This document shows, one piece after another, positions 17,840-27,698 of a DNA stretch of 50,966 nt. The DNA is taken from assembly GCA_031267535.1 (NCBI GenBank), contig JAIRYS010000011.1:1-50966 (forward strand). The letters run 5' to 3'. The stretch is from Holosporales bacterium. GTDB taxonomy: Bacteria; Pseudomonadota; Alphaproteobacteria; UBA3830; JAIRWN01. The translations under genes and the position numbers were made by a program. The notes beneath the pieces are model-generated. The model worked only from the letters and a program-made list of their open reading frames with translations, ran no database searches and was not told where the DNA came from. The stretch's first letter is position 1. Every line of letters begins with the position of its first letter.

Positions 17840-20800
17840 ATGGCAGAGCAGCTACACAGAATTTTCGGTCAAGTTAATAAGATAGACAGCTTTGACGCTA
17901 TCAGGCTTTCTATTGCCAGTCCGGAAAGGATAAGATCTTGGTCTTACGGAGAAATCAAGAAGCCCGAGACCATAAATTACCGAACATTTAAGCCAGAAAA
18001 AGACGGCCTGTTTTGCGCGAAAATCTTTGGTCCGGTAAAGGATTATGAGTGTTTATGCGGCAAATACAAGCGCATGAAGTATCGTGGCGTTATCTGTGAA
18101 AAGTGCGGCGTTGAAGTGACTTTATCTAAAGTGCGTCGTGAACGTATGGGGCATATCGAGCTTGCATCCCCGGTTGCGCATATATGGTTCACTAAATCCA
18201 TGCCAAGTCGGATTGCTTTGATGATCGATATATCCGTTAAGGAAATGGAGCGGGTTTTATACTTTGAAAGCTTCATAGTAATAGAGCCTGGTTTGACGCC
18301 ATTGCAGCAGTATCAACTGCTTAATGAAGATGAATATTACAACGCCATAGAGGAATATGGCGAAGACTCGTTTACCGCGGGCATTGGGGCAGAGGCGCTT
18401 AAATCAATTTTGGCGTCGATTGATCTTAAAGGTGAGCTGATCAAGCTTCGTCAAGAGCTTAATGACTGCCAATCTGAAATACGGCGCAAACGCATCATAA
18501 GACGGCTGAAATTGGCAGAAGGCTTCGTCAAGTGGGGTACCAGGCCAGAGTGGATGATTCTTGACTGCATTCCGGTAATTCCGCCGGAACTTAGACCTTT
18601 GGTCCCGCTGGATGGCGGACGTTTTGCGACCTCTGACCTAAACGATTTGTATCGGCGGGTCATAAACAGAAACAACAGATTACGTCGACTGATAGATTTA
18701 CGTGCTCCGGATATTATCGTTCGCAACGAAAAGCGTATGCTTCAAGAAGCGGTCGACGCTTTGTTTGACAATGGCCGACATGGGCGGGTTATCACTGGGG
18801 CAAATAAACGTCCATTTAAATCTCTGTCCGATATGCTTAAAGGCAAGCAAGGCCGATTTAGACAGAATCTGCTTGGTAAGCGAGTGGACTACTCTGGCCG
18901 TTCGGTGATCGTTGTCGGCCCGACCCTAAAACTTCATCAATGCGGCTTACCTAAAAAGATGGCGCTTGAGCTTTTTAAACCGTTCGTATACGCCAAGCTT
19001 GAGAAATATGGCCATGCCATAACGATAAAAAACGCTAAACGCATGGTGGAAAGAGAGCGTGACGAAGTCTGGGACGTTCTGGAAGAGGTTATCCGCGAGC
19101 ATCCGGTTTTACTGAACCGCGCGCCTACATTGCACAGGCTTGGTATTCAGGGGTTTGAGCCAGTTTTGGTTGAAGGAAAAGCTATCCAATTGCATCCACT
19201 GGTGTGCGCTGCCTTCAACGCTGACTTTGACGGTGATCAGATGGCTGTGCATGTGCCTTTGTCTGTTGAAGCTCAGCTAGAGACCCGCGTCTTGATAATG
19301 TCTACCAACAACATTCTAAATCCGTCGAGTGGTAAGCCGATCATAGTGCCAAGCAAGGACATCGTGTTAGGCATATATTATCTTACGATGGCTCGCGAGA
19401 AAGATCCAGGCGAAGGCAGTCTGTTTGTCGATATAGGCGAAATAGAACAGGCCCTGCAGCAAAAGCAGATAACCCTTCACTCAAAGATAACAACCAGAGT
19501 TCGTCTGACAAACATCGACGGAACGGACGGGCTGGAGCGTGTAGAAACAACCGCCGGCCGAGTAATGTTCTTTCAAATACTGCCAAAGCATGTTGATTTG
19601 CGTTTCTCTTTGGTTAACAAACACTTTGCGAAAAAAGACATAGACGCTTTGATTGGCGAGGTCTATCGCTATTGCGGGCGTAAAGAAACGGTGATTTTTG
19701 CTGATCAGCTTATGCAGTTGGGATTCACATATTCTACTGTATCGGGGCTGTCGCTTGGCAAAGATGACTTTATCGTACCTAAACAGAAAGAAAAAATTGT
19801 CAACGAAGCTCGCAAGCAAGTGGCAGAATTTGAGCGTCAGTACATGGACGGTCTTATCACTTATGGCGAGAAGTACAATAAAGTTGTTGACGCCTGGTCC
19901 CAGTGTACGGACAAAGTTGCAGAGGCCATGATGGCAGATATATCGAAGGTCAAGCCCGGCGAGCCGGAGAATCCGATGTACATGATGGTACATTCTGGGG
20001 CGAGAGGTTCGGCCGCTCAAATGCGACAAGTATCTGGAATGCGCGGTCTTATGACTAAACCGTCTGGGGAGATTATCGAAACGCCGATTATGTCCAACTT
20101 TAAAGAAGGGTTGTCAGTGCTTGAGTACTTCAACTCAACACATGGAACTCGCAAGGGATTGGCCGATACTGCTTTAAAGACAGCCGACTCCGGTTATCTT
20201 ACCAGAAGGTTGGTTGACGCGGCTCAGGACTGTGTTGTAGTCGAAGGTGATTGCGGTACGCATGACGGCCTAATCATCTCGGACGTTGTCGAGGGAGAAG
20301 AGGTTGTATCGTCCATGTCAGATCGTATTCTTGGCCGCGTTGCCGCCGATGATGTAAAGCATCCAGATGACGATATCGTCATTGTTTCGGCTGGTGAGAT
20401 GATAGACGAAGTCTGTGTGGACAAAATTGCTTGTGCCGGGGTTACTGAGGTGAAAGTCAGGTCTGTTCTTACCTGTGCAGCTAAGCATGGCGCCTGCGCC
20501 AAATGCTATGGTCGGGATTTGGCTTGTGGAGCCTTGGTCAGCGAAGGAGAAGCCGTTGGCGTCATTGCTGCGCAGTCCATTGGCGAACCGGGAACTCAGC
20601 TGACGCTTAGAACCTTCCATATAGGAGGGGCCGCACAACGCGGGGCTGATAAATCCTCGATTGAGGCTTTGACAGACGCTAAAGTGAAGGTTAAGGCCAG
20701 AAAACTGGTTAAAGACAGAGGCAATCGGAAAATCATAACCAATCGGTTTTCTGAGGTCGCGCTTATCGATGCAAAGGGTAAGGAAATTGCATCTTATAAA

Positions 20801-21970
20801 CTGCCATATGGGTCGTTCTTGCTAGTTGACGATAAAGACCAAGTTAAGCGCGGTCAGAAATTGGCCGAATGGGATCCATACATACTTCCAATCATTACCG
20901 AACAATCGGGGCGCGTGAAGTACATTGATCTCATAGACGGCGTATCTATACGTGAGGTTACTGATGAAACGACAGGCGTTTCCACTAAAGTAGTGGTCGA
21001 TTGGCGTCAGCAAACTGTCGGTGGGGTGGACATTAAGCCGCAAATCTTAATCGTTGACAGCAATGGCAATCCTATAATTCTGTCAAATGGTCAAGAAGCG
21101 AAATACTACATATCTGTCGACAGCATTATCTCCGTTAATAATGGCGAGGAAGTTCATGCCGGCGATATTTTGGCTCGTCTGCCTCGCGAATCAGGCAAAA
21201 CGCGAGACATCATTGGCGGCCTACCCAGGGTATCCGAGCTGTTTGAGGCTCGCGCGCCAAAAGATCGCGCAGTAATCAGCGACTTTGATGGTACGGTTGA
21301 ATTTGGCAAAGACTATAAGGGTAAACGTCGGATTTTGATTACTTCAACCAATAAAGAGCTTCCTCCAGCAGAGTATATGGTCTCGAAACTTAAGCACGTC
21401 ACCGTGCAAGAGGGAGATTTGGTCAAAAAGGGCGACGTCATTATTGACGGAGACCTCGCTTTGCAAGACATACTACAAACCATGGGCGTTGAAGCGCTCG
21501 CTAGCCATTTTGTTAATGAAGTCCAAAGCGTTTACCGTTTGCAGGGCGTATACATAAACGATAAGCATATCGAGGTTATTTTGCGTCAAATGCTGCAAAA
21601 AGTAGAGATTCTTGACGCCGGTAGCACTTCGCTGGTTGTAGGCGAGCTAATAGACAGGCTCGACATAGGCGCTATAAACGATCAAGCGATTAAGAATGAT
21701 GGGACTCCTGCATTTTACAGGCCAATTCTGCAAGGAATAACCAGATCGTCCTTACAGACTAAGTCGTTTATCTCTGCTGCGTCTTTCCAAGAGACAACCC
21801 GCGTGCTGACAGAAGCTGCTACCATGGGTAAAGTTGATGAACTTACTGGGCTTAAAGAGAACGTTATGGTTGGTCGCTTGATACCGGCGGGAACCGGCCA
21901 TGCCGTCAAAAAAATCCGCAAAGCCGCCGAACTTTTAGACAACGCCGTATCTTCAAGTGTAGCTGCTTGA
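17840..21970 (+). CDS. rpoC: DNA-directed RNA polymerase subunit beta'
   Basis: AGGAGG at 17825-17830 precedes the ATG at 17840. A Zn-binding CLCGKYKR...CEKCG motif and the catalytic NADFDGDQM motif are present. Confidence 0.98.
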   Translation: MAEQLHRIFGQVNKIDSFDAIRLSIASPERIRSWSYGEIKKPETINYRTFKPEKDGLFCAKIFGPVKDYECLCGKYKRMKYRGVICEKCGVEVTLSKVRRERMGHIELASPVAHIWFTKSMPSRIALMIDISVKEMERVLYFESFIVIEPGLTPLQQYQLLNEDEYYNAIEEYGEDSFTAGIGAEALKSILASIDLKGELIKLRQELNDCQSEIRRKRIIRRLKLAEGFVKWGTRPEWMILDCIPVIPPELRPLVPLDGGRFATSDLNDLYRRVINRNNRLRRLIDLRAPDIIVRNEKRMLQEAVDALFDNGRHGRVITGANKRPFKSLSDMLKGKQGRFRQNLLGKRVDYSGRSVIVVGPTLKLHQCGLPKKMALELFKPFVYAKLEKYGHAITIKNAKRMVERERDEVWDVLEEVIREHPVLLNRAPTLHRLGIQGFEPVLVEGKAIQLHPLVCAAFNADFDGDQMAVHVPLSVEAQLETRVLIMSTNNILNPSSGKPIIVPSKDIVLGIYYLTMAREKDPGEGSLFVDIGEIEQALQQKQITLHSKITTRVRLTNIDGTDGLERVETTAGRVMFFQILPKHVDLRFSLVNKHFAKKDIDALIGEVYRYCGRKETVIFADQLMQLGFTYSTVSGLSLGKDDFIVPKQKEKIVNEARKQVAEFERQYMDGLITYGEKYNKVVDAWSQCTDKVAEAMMADISKVKPGEPENPMYMMVHSGARGSAAQMRQVSGMRGLMTKPSGEIIETPIMSNFKEGLSVLEYFNSTHGTRKGLADTALKTADSGYLTRRLVDAAQDCVVVEGDCGTHDGLIISDVVEGEEVVSSMSDRILGRVAADDVKHPDDDIVIVSAGEMIDEVCVDKIACAGVTEVKVRSVLTCAAKHGACAKCYGRDLACGALVSEGEAVGVIAAQSIGEPGTQLTLRTFHIGGAAQRGADKSSIEALTDAKVKVKARKLVKDRGNRKIITNRFSEVALIDAKGKEIASYKLPYGSFLLVDDKDQVKRGQKLAEWDPYILPIITEQSGRVKYIDLIDGVSIREVTDETTGVSTKVVVDWRQQTVGGVDIKPQILIVDSNGNPIILSNGQEAKYYISVDSIISVNNGEEVHAGDILARLPRESGKTRDIIGGLPRVSELFEARAPKDRAVISDFDGTVEFGKDYKGKRRILITSTNKELPPAEYMVSKLKHVTVQEGDLVKKGDVIIDGDLALQDILQTMGVEALASHFVNEVQSVYRLQGVYINDKHIEVILRQMLQKVEILDAGSTSLVVGELIDRLDIGAINDQAIKNDGTPAFYRPILQGITRSSLQTKSFISAASFQETTRVLTEAATMGKVDELTGLKENVMVGRLIPAGTGHAVKKIRKAAELLDNAVSSSVAA

Positions 21971-22097
21971 TATATCAGGAAAGGGCTAGGCAGCAACGTT
22001 GCAGAAAGTAACGAAGGCAAGCGTAGTCATAAATGAGCGGATATCTAAGAAAGGCCAGGATTTACTTTCTAGAAAAAAGCTCCAACATGTCCTCATC

Positions 22098-22123
22098 TGG
22101 TCACTGCTACTGGTCACTGCTAC
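22098..22123. repeat. Perfect 13-bp tandem duplication (TGGTCACTGCTAC x2) in the rpoC-tyrS spacer
   Basis: Read directly from the sequence. Confidence 0.9.
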
Positions 22124-22323
22124 ACATACCAAGCCGATCAAAGCAGGATTAACAATGACGACAGGCATACTCCCTAGACGGGCGAATGTTTAAGAAATAG
22201 CTGAGCTCGCCTCCCAGGAAAACTTTTGCATGTTATCATCTAATCACGATCGTACGTGTACGGTCGGTCGATTGAGGTAAGATTAACCAACGACAACGCC
22301 CTGCAGAGAGGGCCGCGCTTAGG

Positions 22324-23595
22324 TTAAACCAGTTTTACTACGGCGATTCTTTTTTTGCCGGCAGACAGGCGTAGGGTAGAGTTCTCGTCAAAATGCTCAG
22401 CTTTAATAATCAAAATATCATCAAAAACTGGCTGATCATTCAGGTAAGCCCCTTTACCCTTGATCAAACGTCTTGCTTCGCTTCTGCTTGATACTAGGTT
22501 GGTCTTCACAAAAAGGTCAACTATTGACTGGCGTCCAATGGTGATCTCGCGGCTCATCTCGTACACCGGGCCGTTCAAGAATTCGTTAGTGGTTATTACG
22601 GGACCGTCGCCAAACAGACTTTGAGTTGTGGTTCTTACTGCTTCAAGATTCTCACGCCCGTGGGTCAGCCTGGTAATTTCATCCGCCAGAATTATCTTCG
22701 CATCATTCAGGCTTTGGCCTTGAAGTTGCTCTAAACGCTGTATCTCATCGAGCGGTAAATCAGTAAACAAACGCAAAAACCTGCCAACATCGCGGTCGTC
22801 TGTGTTACGCCAATACTGCCAAAAATCATAAGGCGAAAGCTTATCTGTACACAGCCACACAGCCCCATCTGCGCTTTTGCCCATTTTTTTGCCGTCGCTG
22901 GTTGAAAGCAGCGGAGTAGTTAAGCCATAAGCGCTTGCCGACCTGGCGCGACGGATCAACTCGGTTCCACAAACGATGTTACTCCACTGATCAGATCCGC
23001 CTATTTGCAGCTTGCATTGATATCTGTCAAACAGCTGCAAAAAATCATAGGCCTGCATTATCGAATAATTAAGCTCTAGCAGGCTTAGCGGTTGCTCGCG
23101 TTCCAGCCTGGACTTGATGGTGTCAAACGTCAGCATCCTGTTGACAGAAAAATACCTGCCAACATCTTTCAAAAAGGAAATATACCCAAGCTTATCTAGC
23201 CAATCCGCATTGTTTACCAGCAGCGCATCGTCTGCGGATTCACCAAATTTAACGTAAGGCTCAAGGCATTTTTGCAATCCATCTGCGTTATAAGCAATCT
23301 CCTGATCGGTCAATATAGGCCGAGCAGCGTCCCTTCCGGATGGATCGCCAATTTTAGTCGTCGCCCCGCCAATAAGCAGTATTGGCCTGTGTCCATGCTT
23401 ATGAAGCAAACGCAGTATCAGAATCTGCACAAGGTGCCCAACGTGAAAGCTGTCGGCCGTAGCGTCACAACCTATATAAAAAGTGATCTTTTCCTTTGAC
23501 AGAAGTTCGTCAAGACCATCGATATCAGTACATTGATAGACAAACCCACGCTCGTAGGCCTCTTGTAAGAACGAAGACCTAAAGCTACGAGACAT
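22324..23595 (-). CDS. tyrS: Tyrosine--tRNA ligase
   Basis: HIGH-type motif HVGHL, KMSKS-type motif KMGKS, and a C-terminal S4-like domain. The ATG at 23595 overlaps the upstream gene by 11 nt. Confidence 0.93.
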   Translation of the reverse strand: MSRSFRSSFLQEAYERGFVYQCTDIDGLDELLSKEKITFYIGCDATADSFHVGHLVQILILRLLHKHGHRPILLIGGATTKIGDPSGRDAARPILTDQEIAYNADGLQKCLEPYVKFGESADDALLVNNADWLDKLGYISFLKDVGRYFSVNRMLTFDTIKSRLEREQPLSLLELNYSIMQAYDFLQLFDRYQCKLQIGGSDQWSNIVCGTELIRRARSASAYGLTTPLLSTSDGKKMGKSADGAVWLCTDKLSPYDFWQYWRNTDDRDVGRFLRLFTDLPLDEIQRLEQLQGQSLNDAKIILADEITRLTHGRENLEAVRTTTQSLFGDGPVITTNEFLNGPVYEMSREITIGRQSIVDLFVKTNLVSSRSEARRLIKGKGAYLNDQPVFDDILIIKAEHFDENSTLRLSAGKKRIAVVKLV

Positions 23596-24253
23596 TAACA
23601 ACCTTTTTCTGACCGCGATTCAACTCTGATACCAGATAGCTTTTGATATGGGAAGAAAGCGCTCCAAGATTTTCTTTAAAGAAGTGGTCTGCTTTTTCCA
23701 TGATTACATAATTAATATCAACTTTTTTTTGAGCTTGAATTTTCTTCACCAGCTTGGTGACCTCTTCGGTAGAGACAATATCGTCGCTGTCCCCTTGAAC
23801 GACCATCCCAGGAATAGGACATGGGGCCAAGAAATTAAAATCGTATAGGTTAGCAGGAGGGGCAACCGCAACAAAATTTCTGATTTCTGGGCGTCGCATA
23901 AGTATCTGCATAGCGACCCATCCGCCAAACGAGAATCCCCCTACCCAAAGTTCGCGTTGTCCAGGATTAACCATCTGAACCCAATCAAGAGCCGCTGTTG
24001 CATCAGCAATCTCTCCTTCGCCTTTACCACACTCGCCTTCCGATCGACCAACCCCGCGAAAATTGAACCTTATGACAGAAAATCCAGAATCGGCAAAAGC
24101 CCTGTAAATTGTAAAATTTACCTTGTTGTTCATTGTGCCGCCTTGCTGCGGATGCGGGTGCAGCACAATCGCCAGCGGAGCAGATGTGGATATATTATGG
24201 TGATACACCCCCTCTATTCGGCCGCAAGGGCCATCAAAAATTACCTCTGGCAT
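23585..24253 (-). CDS. Alpha/beta hydrolase (Ser-Asp-His triad), function unknown
   Basis: GGAGG precedes the ATG at 24253. The nucleophile elbow GFSFGG and the motifs GDSDDIV and ADHFF are present. Confidence 0.75.
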   Translation of the reverse strand: MPEVIFDGPCGRIEGVYHHNISTSAPLAIVLHPHPQQGGTMNNKVNFTIYRAFADSGFSVIRFNFRGVGRSEGECGKGEGEIADATAALDWVQMVNPGQRELWVGGFSFGGWVAMQILMRRPEIRNFVAVAPPANLYDFNFLAPCPIPGMVVQGDSDDIVSTEEVTKLVKKIQAQKKVDINYVIMEKADHFFKENLGALSSHIKSYLVSELNRGQKKVVNVS

Positions 24254-24351
24254 ACGTAACCTCCTGGTATTAGACTGTGCTGATTGGGCAAGGTTTGTAC
24301 ATTTATTTAACACTATGCTACTAGCATGTTTGGCTGCAAAAAGCAACAAAA

Positions 24352-25527
24352 GTGAGAAATATTTACCTCGATAACCAAGCGACAACCCAATGCGACCCTC
24401 GCGTTCTTGAGGTTATGCTGCCGTATTTTTGTGAGATTTATGGCAATCCAAGCTCTGATCATGATTTTGGTTACCAAGCCAACGCAGCTTTAGAAAAAGC
24501 GCGTGAGCAAACTGCCCAAATCATTGGCGCACAAGCCAAGGATATTTTGTTTGCTTCAGGGGCGACCGCGGCTGTTAATACCGCCATCATTGGCTGCGCC
24601 AGATTTTATGGCAAAAAACGCAACCATATTATTACCTCCGCTATCGAACATAAATGCGTACTTGAGTCCTGCAAAGCTCTGCAGGAAGAGGGTTTTGAAG
24701 TAAGTTATTTAAAGCCAACAATTGACGGGATTATCGAACCAGGCGCTGTTGAGCGGCTTATAAGCGATAAAACGCTGCTGGCGTCAGTAATGGCGGTTAA
24801 TAATGAAATAGGCACAATCCAACCGATACGCGAGATTGGTAATATCTGCCGGTCACACGGGGTGATTTTTCACACTGACGCCGCTCAAGCGATTGGGAAG
24901 ATTGATATAGACGTTGAAAAGGACAATATCAGCATGCTGACCCTCTCTGGGCACAAAATTTATGCCCCTAAGGGGGTAGGCGCTATATATATCAGCTCAT
25001 CCCCAAAGATAAAGCTTCGTCCGCTGATTTTTGGCGGTGGGCAAGAGCGCCAGCTTTTTCCGGGCACAACATCGGTTCCTTTGTGCGTGGGGCTTGGGCG
25101 AGCTTGCGAGCTTATGCATACTGAAATGCACGAAGTCAACGACAACATCAGCCGTATTAAATCTAGATTTTTTGATTATATAACCAAAAATATTGAGCAG
25201 GTTTACCTCAATGGCCACAAAGATAAGCGCGTTCCACACAACCTGAACATGTCGTTTGCTGGGGTGGAGGGGGAAAGTTTGATGATGGCTATGCCCGAAG
25301 TGGCTGTTTCATCCGGATCAGCATGTACTTCGGATACGCTGGAGCCATCCTACGTGCTTAAGGCGATGGGCATAAGCGAAGATCTGATACATACGGCTAT
25401 ACGGTTTGGGTTTGGCAGATTTACCACTGAGGATGAGGCTATGTACGTTGCTCAAAAAATCGCGGAAAGCGTCAAAAAACTCAGGTCTATGAGTCCTATA
25501 TACAAAAGATCATCTGCCATCGTTTGA
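24352..25527 (+). CDS. Cysteine desulfurase, IscS/NifS (class I) family
   Basis: IYLDNQATTQCDPRV near the start; PLP-lysine region LSGHKIYAPKGVGA; catalytic loop SSGSACTS. The start codon is GTG. No iscU or iscA gene lies next to it. Confidence 0.88.
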   Translation: MRNIYLDNQATTQCDPRVLEVMLPYFCEIYGNPSSDHDFGYQANAALEKAREQTAQIIGAQAKDILFASGATAAVNTAIIGCARFYGKKRNHIITSAIEHKCVLESCKALQEEGFEVSYLKPTIDGIIEPGAVERLISDKTLLASVMAVNNEIGTIQPIREIGNICRSHGVIFHTDAAQAIGKIDIDVEKDNISMLTLSGHKIYAPKGVGAIYISSSPKIKLRPLIFGGGQERQLFPGTTSVPLCVGLGRACELMHTEMHEVNDNISRIKSRFFDYITKNIEQVYLNGHKDKRVPHNLNMSFAGVEGESLMMAMPEVAVSSGSACTSDTLEPSYVLKAMGISEDLIHTAIRFGFGRFTTEDEAMYVAQKIAESVKKLRSMSPIYKRSSAIV

Positions 25528-25563
25528 TTTTTGCAAATTATATACAATCAAGTAAAATAATAA

Positions 25564-25610
25564 TTGACATTTGTGACGTATTAAGGTAAATAAGAAGCGG
25601 TAAGTATAAT
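25564..25610 (+). promoter_or_regulatory. Candidate sigma70-type promoter for the Cys-rich orphan gene
   Basis: TTGACA (25564-25569), a 17-nt spacer, then TAAATA. A separate TATAAT lies at 25605-25610. GGAGG at 25617-25621 precedes the ATG at 25628. Confidence 0.35.
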
Positions 25611-25627
25611 ATGTATGGAGGTGGTGA

Positions 25628-26305
25628 ATGTTATCATTTAATGATATAAGATGTGTATGTGGTATTTGTTTTATTGCTTTAGGATACTGTGGTGGAGTGT
25701 GTGGAATGATGGATGAAGGTGCTACTATTGCGGTTGTTGAAAATGTAGGCGCTAGCTATATCAGTGGCCTAGAGTATAGTGAAGACCAAGGGATTGGTTA
25801 TTATCACAAGCGTTTTTACGAAGAGGGTGATTACGTTGTCTCGCTTGGCAAAGCAACTTTACAAGAGGTTTTGTATTGTTTAAGATCCGGTGAGAATGCC
25901 GTAGGTTTTAGATGCCTTCCACAGAATGAAGATGAAATGAAAGAATACACGCAAGCCTGTGTTGATGACGAGCCGAACAGAGGAGCAAAGCTTTCTGGAG
26001 CGTTTTGGCAAACCACTCGAGAAATCTTATTCGCAAGTATGGGAAATCATGATGCTATTGGGCCATTGTTCGATCGACTTAATTTATTCGCAGACCTTTT
26101 GAATAGCAGTTCGCTCAGTAGTGATGATTTTCTTAGGCACAGTATCATCGATGCTATGTTATTTTGGAATCTTGGGTATGAATTTACTGAATTGAAGCGA
26201 CTTGTGACTGATAATGGTTTAAATGAAGAAGACTTTGCGATCGACGATTTGCGAAATAGATTAAACGCCTTGCGTGATAAACTTGGAAGGCCTGGGAGTT
26301 TCTGA
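25628..26305 (+). CDS. Hypothetical protein with a Cys-rich hydrophobic N-terminus (CVCGICFIALGYCGGVCG)
   Basis: A strong RBS precedes the ATG and a terminator follows the gene. I recognise no domain. Confidence 0.6.
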   Translation: MLSFNDIRCVCGICFIALGYCGGVCGMMDEGATIAVVENVGASYISGLEYSEDQGIGYYHKRFYEEGDYVVSLGKATLQEVLYCLRSGENAVGFRCLPQNEDEMKEYTQACVDDEPNRGAKLSGAFWQTTREILFASMGNHDAIGPLFDRLNLFADLLNSSSLSSDDFLRHSIIDAMLFWNLGYEFTELKRLVTDNGLNEEDFAIDDLRNRLNALRDKLGRPGSF

Positions 26306-26343
26306 ACTATTTTTAGAGATAGTTTTCCCCGGTGTCCTTTCCG

Positions 26344-26356
26344 CCCCCCCCCCCCC
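26344..26356. repeat. Homopolymeric C13 tract
   Basis: Counted directly. It lies between the stop at 26305 and the hairpin at 26358. Confidence 0.95.
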
Positions 26357-26357
26357 T

Positions 26358-26380
26358 CCAGCACTGTCTGCTGGTTTTTT
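26358..26380 (+). terminator. Rho-independent terminator of the Cys-rich orphan gene
   Basis: CCAGC-ACTGTCT-GCTGG followed by TTTTTT. Confidence 0.6.
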
Positions 26381-26514
26381 GTCCCTTGTCTGATTTTCGT
26401 CGGCAGCGTAAACAATAAAGTATATTCTATATAAATAACAGACGATCAACAAATTAGGGTCGCATGACATCGGGCGAAATCATCGCGATATCTACGTCGA
26501 GTACGCAAGAACCA

Positions 26515-26541
26515 CAGCTGCCGCAGCAACTGCAGTTTTTT
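26515..26541. terminator. Hairpin with a T-run; probable terminator for the convergent RRM gene, possibly bidirectional
   Basis: On the plus strand: CAGCTGC-CGCA-GCAACTG followed by CAGTTTTTT. On the minus strand the 7-bp stem has one G-U pair and is followed by a T-rich stretch. Confidence 0.45.
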
Positions 26542-26577
26542 ATGCGCTTATTAAATACTGAAACTTAAGAATTTCTG

Positions 26578-27231
26578 CTATCTCCGCCAATAGTCATCTC
26601 TCCTGTCATCTCCCCTATAGTAGTCATCTCTCCCAAATAAGTCATCTCCGAAACGTATGCGGTTAGGTGGTCTGTTTCCGTCATCATAGCCATATCTCCC
26701 AAATGAGTCATCTCTGGGACGTCCGCGGCTAGGTGGTCTGTTTTCGTCTTTGGGTTTGGCAAACTCAGCTCTCAATTGTCTGTTGTTACAACAAGCGCTG
26801 TTAAGACTCGTAATCGCTCGCTCGGCTGTCTCTGGGGAGTCAAACTCAACAAAGCCAAAACCCCTCGACTCGCCAGTTGATTTTTTCAAAATCTTAGTGC
26901 TTAACATTCCACCGTACCCGCTACACAATGTGGCAAACTGCTCTTCCGTGACATCATACGGTATATTGTAAACAATAATTGTTGATTTTTTTGGTGGATT
27001 GGGGTAAACAGTGCCAACGTCGCCCTTTATACTATCGGGACTTCGTTTTAAATGCACGCTCAATTCGAGCGTCTGCACTTGTTGTTCCCCTACGTAGTCC
27101 CCAAGCACCGTCTCTCTTACTATATTCTTTAATTGTCCATCCTGCTTCTGGCGGGCGAAACCCGAGAGCAAGCATAGAAACATTAAAGTCAATTTCTGTT
27201 TGGTGCGCCAGTTGTGGGTCGGCATCTGCAT
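26578..27231 (-). CDS. RRM (RNP-1/RNP-2) RNA-binding domain protein with an Arg/Asp/Gly-rich repeat tail; start uncertain
   Basis: RNP-2 reads IIVYNI and RNP-1 reads RGFGFVEF. The tail reads DENRPPSRGRPRDD...DGNRPPNRIRFGDD...RDDYYRGDDRRDDYWRR. Alternative starts include the GTG at 27078, which is preceded by AGGGGA. Confidence 0.75.
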   Translation of the reverse strand: MQMPTHNWRTKQKLTLMFLCLLSGFARQKQDGQLKNIVRETVLGDYVGEQQVQTLELSVHLKRSPDSIKGDVGTVYPNPPKKSTIIVYNIPYDVTEEQFATLCSGYGGMLSTKILKKSTGESRGFGFVEFDSPETAERAITSLNSACCNNRQLRAEFAKPKDENRPPSRGRPRDDSFGRYGYDDGNRPPNRIRFGDDLFGRDDYYRGDDRRDDYWRR

Positions 27232-27535
27232 ATTTCGCGATTGCTTGCAGCATTAACCGGAGATTTTCTGTATTAAAATCAATCGTTGTGTGCTCGTTTT
27301 TGCTAAGGCCAGATAAATACCACAATACTCTATTGTCATCGCCATCAAAATGCGGGGTTATGTGGTGTATTAATTTAAAGAGTTCAGCTGAATTATTTGT
27401 GCTACTAATACGATTTTCCCATGTTGCTGGTTCTCCGTATCTACTTGACCAAGCATCATTAGAATTTGTGCCAAGTAACACTACAAGCATCAAAAATAAT
27501 TTGATTAATGTGCTGTAATAATATTGTTTTATCAT
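27032..27535 (-). CDS. Hypothetical secreted protein (167 aa); its 3' end overlaps the RRM ORF by 200 nt in another frame
   Basis: The N-terminus MIKQYYYSTLIKLFLMLVVLLGTNSNDAWS looks like a Sec signal peptide. I recognise no domain. Confidence 0.5.
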   Translation of the reverse strand: MIKQYYYSTLIKLFLMLVVLLGTNSNDAWSSRYGEPATWENRISSTNNSAELFKLIHHITPHFDGDDNRVLWYLSGLSKNEHTTIDFNTENLRLMLQAIAKYADADPQLAHQTEIDFNVSMLALGFRPPEAGWTIKEYSKRDGAWGLRRGTTSADARIERAFKTKSR

Positions 27536-27698
27536 TTTTTCACCTATCTTTTTATTTTATAGATCAAATGTTAAAATAATATTTATATTAGACAAAAATT
27601 AAAGATGTTATATAATTGCTGATTCATATTTGAGTAGCCAGCCAACTAAAATTGTGTTTTGTAATCATGTTTTGTTTTAAACTTGCCGCAGTTTATTT

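Noticed and set aside
19481-20029. 182-aa ORF on the minus strand.
   Set aside because: It is antisense inside rpoC and is a shadow ORF.
26565-26762. 65-aa ORF with EMT/HL repeats; also 26261-26470 and 26047-26415 on the minus strand.
   Set aside because: These are alternative-frame readings of the RD-repeat tail, the poly-C tract (GGGGG) and the Cys-rich orphan's antisense strand. They have no independent expression signals.
26979-27518. 179-aa ORF on the plus strand in the accessory islet.
   Set aside because: It is antisense to both the signal-peptide ORF and the RRM ORF. It has no RBS or motif, and the minus-strand genes carry recognisable features. This rejection is less certain than the others because the region is composed of orphan genes.
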